64,000 nucleotides of DNA from Planctomycetota bacterium (GTDB lineage Bacteria; Planctomycetota; UBA1135; UBA2386). Both the position numbers and the translations under genes were made by a program. Positions 8,964-18,772 of the stretch are shown here, piece by piece. The notes below the pieces were generated by a model. The model was not told where the DNA came from. It did not search any database and saw nothing but the letters and a program-made list of their open reading frames with translations. The stretch's first letter is position 1. Each line of letters opens with the position of its first letter. The DNA lies in NCBI GenBank assembly GCA_046290465.1, contig JBKAGP010000001.1, forward strand, positions 5,888,001 through 5,952,000. The letters are read 5' to 3'.

Positions 8964-10868
8964 ATGCCCCTCACCGCACCGCAAGCCCTCGAACGCTTCC
9001 GCCGCCGACTGCGGGCCGCCGCGTTCGTCAAGGGCGCGGCGGTCGGGCTGTTCGCGGCGGCGGCGCTCTGCGCGGCCGCGCTGCTCGGCGCCCGGCTCGG
9101 CGAGGTGGCGCTGCCGACGTTCGCCAGCGGCTCTGCGCTGTGGGCGGCGGTCGCGGCCGTCGGCCTGCTCGCCGGTCTGCTGTCGCTGCCGGGCTCGCTG
9201 CTGGGCCCACGCGTCGACGACGACCTGGCGGTCGAGCACCTGGAGGCGCGGCTCGGCACCGACGGCCTGCTGCTGGCGGCGGTCGACGGCGTCGAACTCG
9301 AGCCAGCCTGGCGCGCGCGCCTCGAACGGCACCTCGAGCGGACCGACACAGCGCTGCCCGGCATCGCGTGGCGCAGCCTGTGGCTGCGGCCCTGCTGTGC
9401 GCTGCTGGTGCTCGGCGCGATGCAGCTGCTGCCGCCGATCGAACCGCCGCCGGCCCCGGTCGAGGCCGCCTCGATCCAGGTCCAACGGCTCGCCGAGCAG
9501 ATCGAGCAGCTGGCACAGCGCACCCAGTTCGACGGCACGGCTGCCGCCGAGTTGCGCGAGCAGGTCGGCGACCTGCAGCGGCGCGTCGCGGCGGGCGAGA
9601 CCGGCGTCTGGCGCGACCTCGACCAGCTGGCCGAACGCGTCGACCGCGAGCGCCGGCTGGCCGGCCTCGAGCCGCAGCCACCGGGCGGCGGTGCGGCGCG
9701 GGAGCAGGGCGGCGGCAGCGCCGCGACCAGCGGCGGCGAGCCCGAGGTCGGCGGTGCGGCGGCCGCGCCCGAGGCCGGAGCGCTCGCCAACGGCCTCGAG
9801 CAACTGGCGGCCGCCGATCCCGACCAGTTCGGCGAGCTGCTCGCCGGTCTGCCGGAGGGCCTGCAGGAACAGGTCGCCGCGGCGCTCGGTGCCGACGGCA
9901 ACGTCGATCCCGAACGGCTGCCGGCCGACGAACAGGGCCGCGACCAGCTCGGCGCGGCGCTCGGCGAGGCGGCGAAGGCCGCGCTCGAAGGCCTCGAGCC
10001 GCAGCGCGCCGCCGAGATGGCGGACCAGCTCGCCGGCCTGGCGCAGGAGTTCCTCGGTGGCGATGGGGCCGTCGACACCCAGCAGCTCACCGACAAGGTC
10101 GCCGAGGCCGCGTCGCAGCTGACCGACCTCGGCCTGCTCGAGGCGATGCCGGAGTTCCTGCAGGAGGCGCTGTTGAAGGCGGCGATCGAGACCGGCCTGT
10201 CCGGGATCCAGGACGTCGACCTCGACAAGCTCAAGCAGCTGCTGCCTGACGATCTCAGCGAACTCGAGGACCTCGCACGCAAGGTGGCCGAGCTGGCCGA
10301 AGGTGCGAGCGGCGGCGAGCAGCCGTCCTCGCCGTCGCTGCCCGATCTGTCGAAGCTGGCGCCGGAGACGAAGCGGCAGCTCGCGGGTCTGGCCGAAGGA
10401 CTGCGCGAGCAGTTCGGCGCGGGCGGGTCGCGTGGCGGCGGCAGTGGCGGCGACCAGCGTGGCGGCGACCAGCGTGGCGGCGAGCAGAGCGGCGGCAACC
10501 AGGCCGTTGCCGGCGCGGCAGCCAGCAACGATCCCGGCGCGGCCGGTCCGGGACCGGGCGACGCCTCGGCGCTGGCCGGTGCGGCCGGCGGCCACGATGC
10601 GCTGCGCATGACCGAGCAGACCGAGGGCGGCGGCGGAACGCGCGAGTTCGTGCTGCCCGGTCGCGATCCGGTGGAGGATCCGTTGCCCGGCGAGTGGACG
10701 CCGGTCTCGGTCGAGAAGGCGGCCCCCGAGGTCGCGGCGGCAGAGCCCGCCGGGCCCGGCAGCGACGGCGCGACCGCGAAGGGCACGCCGACCTGGCAAC
10801 TGCGGTTGATGCCGCGGCACCGCGACGTGGTGCGACGGTTCTTCGCGGACAAGAAGAAGAAGCAATGA
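8964..10868 (+). CDS. Membrane-anchored helical protein with Gly-rich tail, first gene of the MoxR operon
   Basis: Three N-terminal hydrophobic segments, long helical region, low-complexity Gly/Ala tail, terminal PRHRDVVRRFF; stop overlaps next ATG (ATGA). Confidence 0.7.
   Translation: MPLTAPQALERFRRRLRAAAFVKGAAVGLFAAAALCAAALLGARLGEVALPTFASGSALWAAVAAVGLLAGLLSLPGSLLGPRVDDDLAVEHLEARLGTDGLLLAAVDGVELEPAWRARLERHLERTDTALPGIAWRSLWLRPCCALLVLGAMQLLPPIEPPPAPVEAASIQVQRLAEQIEQLAQRTQFDGTAAAELREQVGDLQRRVAAGETGVWRDLDQLAERVDRERRLAGLEPQPPGGGAAREQGGGSAATSGGEPEVGGAAAAPEAGALANGLEQLAAADPDQFGELLAGLPEGLQEQVAAALGADGNVDPERLPADEQGRDQLGAALGEAAKAALEGLEPQRAAEMADQLAGLAQEFLGGDGAVDTQQLTDKVAEAASQLTDLGLLEAMPEFLQEALLKAAIETGLSGIQDVDLDKLKQLLPDDLSELEDLARKVAELAEGASGGEQPSSPSLPDLSKLAPETKRQLAGLAEGLREQFGAGGSRGGGSGGDQRGGDQRGGEQSGGNQAVAGAAASNDPGAAGPGPGDASALAGAAGGHDALRMTEQTEGGGGTREFVLPGRDPVEDPLPGEWTPVSVEKAAPEVAAAEPAGPGSDGATAKGTPTWQLRLMPRHRDVVRRFFADKKKKQ
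10446..10502 (+). repeat. 15-bp coding tandem repeat (GGDQR GGDQR GGEQS GGNQ)
   Basis: ggcggcgaccagcgt x2 followed by two degenerate copies. Confidence 0.8.
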
Positions 10869-11881
10869 CGACGATGTTGACGGCCGAACAGGTCGGGCGC
10901 GGGCAGCAGCTGCTGTCGGCGATCCGCGACGGCGCGAACGCGGTGCTGCTCGGCCAGAACGACCTGGTCGAGCTGTGCCTGATCGCGCTGTGCGCGCGCG
11001 GACACCTGCTGCTCGAGGGCCAGCCGGGCCTCGGCAAGACCGAACTGGTCAAGGCGCTGGCGAGGCTCACCTCGCTGGACTTCAAGCGCCTGCAGTTCAC
11101 GCCGGACCTGCTGCCGAGCGACATCACCGGCGGGCCGATCCTGCAGGAGCACGGCGGCGAGCGCCGGCTGGTGTTCCGGCCGGGGCCGCTGTTCGCCAAC
11201 CTGGTGCTCGCCGACGAGATCAACCGCAGCTCGCCGAAGACGCAGTCGGCGCTGCTCGAGGGCATGCAGGAACGTTCGGTCACGGTGCTCGGCGAGACCC
11301 ACGCGCTGCCGCGGCCGTTCTTCGTGCTGGCGACGCAGAACCCGATCGAACTCGAGGGCACCTACCCGCTGCCGGAGGCGCAGCTCGACCGCTTCCTGTT
11401 CAAGGTCGAGGTGCCGCCGCTCGACGCCGACACGATGGCGACGATCCTGACCAGCCGCCGCCGCGGCGAGCCGCCCGCGGTCGACGCCGCGGTGGCGGCT
11501 GGCGAACTCGACGAACTGTTCGCGCTGGTCGACCAGGTGTTCCTGCCCAACGCGATCGCCAGCTACATCGCGCGGCTGGTCGCCGCGACCCACCCGGACC
11601 GGGCTTCGGCGCCGGCGCACGTGCGCGAGGCGGTCCGCTACGGTGCGTCGCCCCGCGCGGCGATCGCGATCGGCGAGGCGGCGCGCGCTGCGGCACTGCT
11701 CGCCGGCCGGCCGAACGTCGACTTCCAAGACGTCGAGCGCGTCGCGGTCGCGGCGCTGGCGCACCGCCTGGTGCTGCAGCACAGCGCGGTGGTCTCCGGC
11801 ACGACCGCGCGCGCGACCGTCGAACAGCTGCTGCAGGACGTGCCTGCCGTGGCGCGGCCGCTGCCGGAGGAAGTGCAGTGA
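10865..11881 (+). CDS. moxR: MoxR family AAA+ ATPase
   Basis: GHLLLEGQPGLGKT, RLQFTPDLLPSDITG, LADEINR, ATQNPIELEGTYPLPEAQLDRF, GASPRA. Confidence 0.95.
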   Translation: MTTMLTAEQVGRGQQLLSAIRDGANAVLLGQNDLVELCLIALCARGHLLLEGQPGLGKTELVKALARLTSLDFKRLQFTPDLLPSDITGGPILQEHGGERRLVFRPGPLFANLVLADEINRSSPKTQSALLEGMQERSVTVLGETHALPRPFFVLATQNPIELEGTYPLPEAQLDRFLFKVEVPPLDADTMATILTSRRRGEPPAVDAAVAAGELDELFALVDQVFLPNAIASYIARLVAATHPDRASAPAHVREAVRYGASPRAAIAIGEAARAAALLAGRPNVDFQDVERVAVAALAHRLVLQHSAVVSGTTARATVEQLLQDVPAVARPLPEEVQ

Positions 11882-13578
11882 TGCGACCACTCGTGAGGGC
11901 ACTGCTGCTCGGCCTGGTCGTGCTCGGTTCGATCCGTTCGCAGGACGTGCACGTCGTGCATGCCGACGAGAACGGCGTCGAAGCGGTGCGCCTCGAGGCG
12001 TTCGTCTCGGGTGGCAGCGAACGCGGCGTCGGCCTCGGCTGGATCCGGTTCGAGCTCGAGAACCTGTCCGAACGCGCCTACGCGATCTCGGTCGAACTGT
12101 CGTCGCGCCGCTTCTCGCGCAACGACGTCGCCACCCGCAAGGGGGTCACGCTCGAGGCCCACGGCCGCAGCAGCTTCTTCCTGCCGGTCACGGTGCCGCC
12201 GGACTCCGGGCGGGTGGTCGTCGAGGTCGACGGCAGCCAGTACGAGGCCGGCATCAACTTCGCGCGCGGTCGCGGCCACGTCGGGTTGTTCGTGTCGGAC
12301 CAGTCGGGCACCGGTTCGTTCGGGCTCGCGGTGCTCGAAGCGATGCCGTCGGACACGGCGAACCCCAAGCCGTACGTGACGGGCAGCGACGCGCTGCCGG
12401 CCGACTGGCGCTTCTTCACGTCGTTCTCGGCGGTCGTCGTCGACGGCCGCGCGCGGCTCGGGGCCGAGGTGCAGGACGCACTGCGGCGCTACGCGTACGT
12501 CGGTGGCAGGGTGGTCGTGGCCACGCCGTCGCTGCTGCCGGCCGGACCGCTGCGCGACGCCGTCGGCGATCGCGCCGGGGTGCGCGACCACGGCATGGGC
12601 CAGCTGGCCGCGATCGGCGCGCTCGGCGGTGACACTACCCGGATGCGGCAGGTGCTCGCCGAGATGCGCCGGCTCGGCGACGGCGTGTGGCCGGCGCCGT
12701 ACGACCTGTTTGCCGAACAGGACATCGCCGGCCTCGGCAAGGCGCCGGTGACGGCGTTCCTGCTGGTGATCCTGCTGTTCGCGATCCTGGTCGGGCCGGT
12801 CAACTTCTGGGTGCTCAAGAAGCGCAAGCAGCCGCTGCTGGCGCTCGTCACGGTGCCGGTGCTCGGCTTCGGCACGACGTTCGTGATCCTCACCTACGGG
12901 ATCTTCCACGACGGCTTCGGGGTGCGCGGGGTGACCCGCAGCTGGACGCTGCTGGACCAGGTCGAGCACGAGGGCGCGACGATCAGCGCGCGCACGCTGT
13001 TCGCCGGTCTCGCGCCGAGCGACCTGACGACCGAGCAGCAGTCGATGGTGCTGTCGGGGCGCGCCGGCCTCAGTCGTCGCGACGGGCCGGATCGCTGGCA
13101 CTGGGACGGCGACCGCGGCGTGCTCGGCGGTGGCGTGCTGCCGTCGCGCACGATCACGCCGCTGCTGTCGGCGCAGCAGGGGCCCGTGCGCGAACGGCTG
13201 ACCGTGCGCCGCAGCGGCGACGCGCTCGAAGTGCTCGCCGACGGTGGCCTGAAGCCGGTCGGCAACATGGTGCTGCGCGACCTCGACGGCGACTACTGGG
13301 CCGGCACCGACGGCCGGCTGACGCGCACCGACGCAGTCGACGGCGCAGCCAAGTTCCTCGGCATGCTGCGCGAGTCACGCCAGGTCCGGGTCGACGCCGG
13401 CGACCGGACCACGCGCCTCGAGCTGCCGGCGGTGCTGCCACGGTGGGGCGCGCGCGGCACCTACGCGACCAAGGTGCAGGCGGCGCCGTGGATCGACGAG
13501 CACGGCATGACGATCGAGTACGACGGCCAGCAACACTGGGTGTTCGGCCGCATGCACAGCCAGGACTTCGTGCAATGA
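11881..13578 (+). CDS. Conserved membrane protein of MoxR/ABC operons
   Basis: Signal peptide, central TM hairpin (FLLVILLFAILVGPVNFWVLKKRK...LVTVP); translationally coupled on both sides. Confidence 0.75.
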   Translation: MRPLVRALLLGLVVLGSIRSQDVHVVHADENGVEAVRLEAFVSGGSERGVGLGWIRFELENLSERAYAISVELSSRRFSRNDVATRKGVTLEAHGRSSFFLPVTVPPDSGRVVVEVDGSQYEAGINFARGRGHVGLFVSDQSGTGSFGLAVLEAMPSDTANPKPYVTGSDALPADWRFFTSFSAVVVDGRARLGAEVQDALRRYAYVGGRVVVATPSLLPAGPLRDAVGDRAGVRDHGMGQLAAIGALGGDTTRMRQVLAEMRRLGDGVWPAPYDLFAEQDIAGLGKAPVTAFLLVILLFAILVGPVNFWVLKKRKQPLLALVTVPVLGFGTTFVILTYGIFHDGFGVRGVTRSWTLLDQVEHEGATISARTLFAGLAPSDLTTEQQSMVLSGRAGLSRRDGPDRWHWDGDRGVLGGGVLPSRTITPLLSAQQGPVRERLTVRRSGDALEVLADGGLKPVGNMVLRDLDGDYWAGTDGRLTRTDAVDGAAKFLGMLRESRQVRVDAGDRTTRLELPAVLPRWGARGTYATKVQAAPWIDEHGMTIEYDGQQHWVFGRMHSQDFVQ

Positions 13579-14510
13579 CGGCTCTCCTCGAAGTGCAGAA
13601 CCTCGAGCGTCGCTACGGCAACGTGCGCGCCGTGCAGGACCTGTCGTTCCGGATGGACCACGGCCAGATCATGGGCTTCGTCGGGCCGAACGGCGCCGGC
13701 AAGACCACGACGATGCGGATCGCGGCGACGCTCGACGTGCCCGACGGCGGCGACGTGCGGATCGAAGGCACGTCGGTGCTGGTGGAGCCGCGCCTGGCGC
13801 GCATGCGGATCGGCTACATGTCCGATCAGTTCCACCCGTACCCCAACCTCGACGTGCTGCAGTACCTCGACTTCTTCGCCAGGGCCTACGGCCTGAAGGG
13901 CAAGCAGCGGGTGCGCATGGTCGCCTCGGTCGCCGAGTTCTGCGGGCTGTCGAGCTTCTCGGACCGGCCGGCCACCGGCCTGTCCAAGGGCATGGGCCAG
14001 CGCCTGCACCTGGCCAAGACGCTGCTGCACGATCCGGGCCTGCTGATCCTCGACGAGCCGGCGTCCGGTCTCGACCCGCGCGCGCGCATCGAGTTCCGCG
14101 CCCTGCTCAAGGAGCTGGCCGCCAACGGCAAGGGCATCCTGATCAGTTCGCACATCCTGCCGGAGCTCGGCGAGATGTGCGATTCGGTCGTCGTCATCGA
14201 GAAGGGCCAGCGCATCGTCGCCGGCACGATCGGCGACATCCAGCGCGAGGCGCAGCTCGAGCAGGCGATCGTCGCGCGGGTCGTCACCGACGGCGATGCG
14301 TTCGAGCGCTTCCTGGTGACCCAGCCGATGGTCGGCGAGGTGCTGGTCGACGGCCCGCGGGTGCGGTTCCAGTTCGTCGGCGACGACGAGGACCTGAGCC
14401 AGCTGCTGGCGCGCTGCGTCGAGCAGAAGCTGCCGCTGGTCGAGTTCGCCCGCGCCGAGGCCGACCTCGAAGACATCTTCCTGAAGACCACCAAGGGGAG
14501 GCTGCAGTGA
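13575..14510 (+). CDS. ABC-2 type transporter ATP-binding protein
   Basis: GPNGAGKTT, LSKGMGQR, LILDEPASGLDP, ISSH; ATG 13575 overlaps previous stop. Confidence 0.95.
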   Translation: MTALLEVQNLERRYGNVRAVQDLSFRMDHGQIMGFVGPNGAGKTTTMRIAATLDVPDGGDVRIEGTSVLVEPRLARMRIGYMSDQFHPYPNLDVLQYLDFFARAYGLKGKQRVRMVASVAEFCGLSSFSDRPATGLSKGMGQRLHLAKTLLHDPGLLILDEPASGLDPRARIEFRALLKELAANGKGILISSHILPELGEMCDSVVVIEKGQRIVAGTIGDIQREAQLEQAIVARVVTDGDAFERFLVTQPMVGEVLVDGPRVRFQFVGDDEDLSQLLARCVEQKLPLVEFARAEADLEDIFLKTTKGRLQ

Positions 14511-16219
14511 GCGCCGCCGACATTCCCGAGCGGCCGGCGCAGCCGGCCGTGCCGACGACCAGCCTCGGCCCGTTCGCGCGTCTCTCGGACGTGCTCAACC
14601 CGATCCTGGTGCGCGAGGTGCAGCAGGCGATCAAGGGGCGGGTGTTCCCGCTGACGATCCTGGTCGCGCTGGCGATCAGCGTCGTGATCGCGTCGGTGGT
14701 CGCGTCCGACGAGGTCTCGGCGTCGTCCGGACGCCGCGCCTTCGACGCGGGCTTCGCGACGCTGGCGCCGCTGCTGCTGTTCGTGGTGCCGATGCAGGCC
14801 TACAACTCGATGCGCACCGAGCTGAAGGGCGGCATCGTCGAGCAGCTGCTGATGTCGCGGCTGAGTCCGGGCCGGGTGCTGTTCGGCAAGCTGCAGGCGG
14901 CGATGGTGCAGTTCCTGCTGTACGTGTCGATCCTGTCGCCGCTGCTGGCAACCAGCTACCTGCTGCGCGGCGTCGACCTGTTGACGATCGTCGTCAGCCT
15001 GTTCTTCGCGCTGGTGGCGTGCGTCGCGGCGACCGCGTTCGCGGTGTCGTCGGCGGCGCAGGCGGTGGTGCCGGCGCTGCAGCCGATCGCCAACCTCGGC
15101 ATCGCCTTCGGCCTCGGGCTCGCGACGTTCGGCGCGGTCGCCGGGATCGTCGGGGGCGAGTACGCGCAGGGCATGGGCTACCTGCTGCGCAGCAACCAGG
15201 TCGGCATGGTGATCTCGGCGCTGGTGCTGGCCGCGGTCCTGTCGACGACGCTGTCGTGGCTGGCGGCGCGCAGCTACCTGCTGCACACCTTCGAGAACAA
15301 GTCGTCCGGGTTCCGGCTGTTCCTGTGGTCGCTGCCGGTGGTCGGCTACGGGTGGATGCTGGGCTTCGTCGAACCGGGCGACTGGCAGTACGTGTTCCCG
15401 GGCATGTCCGTCGGCCTGGTGTTCGCCGCGATCGCGTTCGGCGTGTTCATGGTGACCGAGCAGCAGGAGTTCTCGCCGCGGGTCTACCACCACGTGCCGG
15501 TCTCGCGCGGGCTGGCGATGCTGGCAACGCCGTTCCTGCCGGGTCGGGACCGCGGCCTGTTGTGCTTCAGTGCGTTCTCGATCGTGCTGCTGCTGGTCGG
15601 TCTGCTGTTCTGGCCCTCGTCCAGCGGCTTCTTCGGGATGGCGCAGCACGCTGGGCGCATCGGCCTGATGGCGCTCGCCTACGGCATGGTCTACCTGCTG
15701 ATCGGGCGCTGGCTGCGCGCGCGTCTGCCGAACACCGTGCAGGCCAGCCAGGCCGGCCGCGTGGTGCTGCCGGTAGTGCTGGTCGTGTTCTGCATCCTGC
15801 CGCTGCTGATCGACGGGCTGACCCGCGCGCGCGGCGTCGACGACTGGCACCTCGGCCACGTCATGAACCCGTTCTGGACCATCTCGCACTTCACCGCGTC
15901 GCGCTGGAACCGCGCGATGCCGTTCGTCGTCGGCGTGCTGATCGTCGCGACGCTGGTGCAGGTGCCGATCTGGTTGCGCGGCATGCGCGAGGTGGCGCAG
16001 GCCTCGGCCGAGCGCCGCACGCGGCGGAGCGGGGCGCTGGCGGATCCGACCGATGGGCGCGAGCCGGCGCACGCTGGTGTGGTGGCTGGCACTGCCCAGC
16101 CGGACACCGTCGAGACGGACATTGCCCAGCCTGACATTGGCGCGCCCAAGATCGCCGAACGGGATGACGCCGAACGGGATGACGCCGAACGGGATGATGC
16201 CGAACGGGGCGATGCCTGA
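14507..16219 (+). CDS. ABC transporter permease-like polytopic membrane protein
   Basis: NPILVREVQQA, EQLLMSRLSPGRVLFGKL and many TM helices; GTG start overlaps previous TGA. Confidence 0.8.
   Translation: MSAADIPERPAQPAVPTTSLGPFARLSDVLNPILVREVQQAIKGRVFPLTILVALAISVVIASVVASDEVSASSGRRAFDAGFATLAPLLLFVVPMQAYNSMRTELKGGIVEQLLMSRLSPGRVLFGKLQAAMVQFLLYVSILSPLLATSYLLRGVDLLTIVVSLFFALVACVAATAFAVSSAAQAVVPALQPIANLGIAFGLGLATFGAVAGIVGGEYAQGMGYLLRSNQVGMVISALVLAAVLSTTLSWLAARSYLLHTFENKSSGFRLFLWSLPVVGYGWMLGFVEPGDWQYVFPGMSVGLVFAAIAFGVFMVTEQQEFSPRVYHHVPVSRGLAMLATPFLPGRDRGLLCFSAFSIVLLLVGLLFWPSSSGFFGMAQHAGRIGLMALAYGMVYLLIGRWLRARLPNTVQASQAGRVVLPVVLVVFCILPLLIDGLTRARGVDDWHLGHVMNPFWTISHFTASRWNRAMPFVVGVLIVATLVQVPIWLRGMREVAQASAERRTRRSGALADPTDGREPAHAGVVAGTAQPDTVETDIAQPDIGAPKIAERDDAERDDAERDDAERGDA
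16091..16213 (+). repeat. 15-bp periodic tandem repeat at the permease/DUF58 junction
   Basis: gccgaacgggatgac-like unit x4 (16154-16213) preceded by degenerate 15-mers encoding TAQPD TVETD IAQPD IGAPK. Confidence 0.85.
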
Positions 16220-17036
16220 ATCGTCGGCCGCGCTCGACCAGCAGGTCGCCGCGGTCGCGACCGCGTACCGCCTGTCGCTCGCCGGCACGCGGCACCGCGG
16301 CCGGATCGGCCAGCGTCGCGGCAGCGGCCCCGGCAGTTCGCTCGAGTTCCACGACTTCCGGGACTACGCGCCCGGCGACGACCTGCGCCACGTCGACTGG
16401 TCCGGCTACGCGCGCACCGACCAGCTGCGCGTGCGCCTGCACGAGGCCGAGGTCGCGCCGATCGTCGAGGTCCTGCTCGACACGTCGCGATCGATGGCGA
16501 GCACCGACGGCAAGCTGCAGACGCTGCGCGGCCTCGGCAGGGCACTCGCGGCGTGGTCGCGGGCCGAGGGCTCGCGCGCCCGCGTGCTGGCGCTCGGCGG
16601 TGGCGAGGTCGAGCTGTCGCAGCTGGTCTGCGACGGCGACGAGCAGCCGCGGGCGCCGCGCGCGCCGCTGCGGCCCGGCAGCGTGCGGGTGCTGGTGACC
16701 GATGGTCTGTGGCCGCACGATCCGGCGCCGCTGCTGCGCGCCGTCGCCGCCAACGCGTCGCGCTGGCTGTGCCTGCAGCTGCTCGATCCCGAGGAGCGGT
16801 CACCGAGCGAAGGACCGGCGCACACGTTCGTCGACTGCGAGACCGGCGCGCGCGCGACGCTGCACCTCGACGCGGCGGCGCTGCGGGTCTACCACCAGCG
16901 CCTGGCGCGGCTGTGTGCCGGCCTGCGCGAACAGGTCGTGCGGCTCGGCGGTGACTTCGCGTCGGCGACCGCCGACGAACTCGGGGTCGTGTGCCGGCGC
17001 GACCTGTTGCCGGCGCGGGTGGTGGAGCCGGCATGA
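16212..17036 (+). CDS. DUF58 domain protein
   Basis: GSSLEFHDFRDYAPGDDLRHVDW, LLDTSRSM. Start uncertain because the upstream repeat supplies further in-frame ATGs. Confidence 0.9.
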   Translation: MPESSAALDQQVAAVATAYRLSLAGTRHRGRIGQRRGSGPGSSLEFHDFRDYAPGDDLRHVDWSGYARTDQLRVRLHEAEVAPIVEVLLDTSRSMASTDGKLQTLRGLGRALAAWSRAEGSRARVLALGGGEVELSQLVCDGDEQPRAPRAPLRPGSVRVLVTDGLWPHDPAPLLRAVAANASRWLCLQLLDPEERSPSEGPAHTFVDCETGARATLHLDAAALRVYHQRLARLCAGLREQVVRLGGDFASATADELGVVCRRDLLPARVVEPA

Positions 17037-18772
17037 CGTTCGCCGCACCGCTCGGCCTGCTGGCGCTGCTCGCCGTCCCGGCGATCGTGGTGCTGCACCT
17101 GTTCCGCAACCGGCTGCCCGAACGCACCGTCGCGGGCCTGTTCCTGTTCCCGGCAACGCCGGTCGTCACCGACGGCGGCCGCACCCGCACGCGTTTGTGG
17201 CGCTCGCCGTCGCTGTGGCTCGAGTGCCTGGCCGCGACACTCGCGGCGCTGTGGCTCGCCGGGATGACGTTCGGCGGTCTGCTGCCGCGGCACCTGATCG
17301 TCGTGCTCGACGACTCGGCTTCGATGGCCGCGCGGCAGGCGCACCAGCGGGCCGAGGCGGCGCTGCTGGCGCTCGGCGACGACCTCGGGGCCGACGACCG
17401 CGTCACCGTCGTGCGCACCGGCCGGCCGGCGGCGATCGTGGTCGGTCCGCGCGCCGCCCGCGCGCAGCTCGAGACGTTCGTGCCGACCTGGGCGCCGGCG
17501 CGTCCCGGCCACTCGCTGCAGCCGGCGCTCGACCTCGCCCGGCAGTTCGCCGGCACCGTCGACGAGATCGTCTGCGTCACCGACCGCGAACCGCAGCTGC
17601 CGATCGACGACGTGCGCCTGATCGCCTGTGGCGTCGCCACCGGCAACGCCGCGATCACCTCGCTGCAGCGGTTGCCCGGGGACGGCGGCGATCGCCTGCG
17701 CGTCACCGTGGTCGGCTACGGCGCCGTCGGGGGCGGCGAACTGGTGGTGACGGCGGACGGCCGCGAACTCGGGCGGCCGCAGCTGGAGCTGGCCGCGGAC
17801 GGCCGACCCCGGCGGGTCGAACTCGCGCTGCCGCCGGACGTCGGCGAGGTCCAGGTCGCCCTGCCCGACGACGAACTGCTGCTCGACAACGTCGCCTGGT
17901 CGCTGCCGCCGCGGCCGCGCACGGTCGCGGTCTGCGACCAGCTGCCGACCGCGTCGCGCGCGGCGCTCGAGCTCGATCGGGTGTTCGACGCGATGGCCGG
18001 CTGGCGCGACGAACCGCGCCCGGAGGCCGCCCAGGTGGTGCTGCGCGCCGAGCCTGGTCCGACCCGTGCGGGGCAGCTGCAGCTGGTGCTGCGCCAGACC
18101 CCCGGGCCGCCGCGCGGCCACCGCGGCCCGTTCGTGATCGACCGTTCGCATGCGCTGTGCGTCGGCCTGACGCTCGACGGCGTCGGCTGGCAGGCCGGCG
18201 GCGGCGACCTGCCGGGCCAGGTGCTGATCGCGAGCGGCAGCAAGGTGCTGTTGTCGGAGGAGCTGACCGACGACGCGCGCCGGCTGCATGTCGACGTCGA
18301 CGGCCGGGCCGGCAACCTGGTGCGCGCGCCCGACTGGCCGATCCTGTTCGCGAACGTGCTCGAGCTCGGGCGGCGCGAGGTGCCGGGCTGCGAACGGCGC
18401 GAACTGCGCTGTGGTGAAGAGCTGCGCTACCGCGTCGGCCTCGGCGACACCGGGGCGGTGCTGCGTTCGCCCGCAGGCGAATGGCTCGGCAAGGTCGAGG
18501 ACGGTGCGATCACCTACGACACCGAGGCGCCGGGCGTGCATCGCGTCACCGCCGTATCGGGCGCGCCGCTCGACGAGGTCGCGGTGCAGTTCGTCGACGC
18601 CGGTGAGAGCGACCTGCGCCGCGCGTCGTCGGTCGACCGCCTGGCCGAGGCCGCGGTGCGCGAGGCTGCCGCGGCGCGCGTCGACCCGTCGTCGATGCGA
18701 CGGTTGCTGGCGGTGCTGCTGTTGGCGGTGCTGCTGCTCGACTGGTGGTGGTTGCAGCGGAGGGGCGGATGA
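17033..18772 (+). CDS. BatA N-terminal domain + VWA protein
   Basis: MTFAAPLGLLALLAVPAIVVLHLF (BatA-type), VVLDDSASM (MIDAS), C-terminal ESDL plus TM helix ending DWWW. Confidence 0.85.
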   Translation: MTFAAPLGLLALLAVPAIVVLHLFRNRLPERTVAGLFLFPATPVVTDGGRTRTRLWRSPSLWLECLAATLAALWLAGMTFGGLLPRHLIVVLDDSASMAARQAHQRAEAALLALGDDLGADDRVTVVRTGRPAAIVVGPRAARAQLETFVPTWAPARPGHSLQPALDLARQFAGTVDEIVCVTDREPQLPIDDVRLIACGVATGNAAITSLQRLPGDGGDRLRVTVVGYGAVGGGELVVTADGRELGRPQLELAADGRPRRVELALPPDVGEVQVALPDDELLLDNVAWSLPPRPRTVAVCDQLPTASRAALELDRVFDAMAGWRDEPRPEAAQVVLRAEPGPTRAGQLQLVLRQTPGPPRGHRGPFVIDRSHALCVGLTLDGVGWQAGGGDLPGQVLIASGSKVLLSEELTDDARRLHVDVDGRAGNLVRAPDWPILFANVLELGRREVPGCERRELRCGEELRYRVGLGDTGAVLRSPAGEWLGKVEDGAITYDTEAPGVHRVTAVSGAPLDEVAVQFVDAGESDLRRASSVDRLAEAAVREAAAARVDPSSMRRLLAVLLLAVLLLDWWWLQRRGG

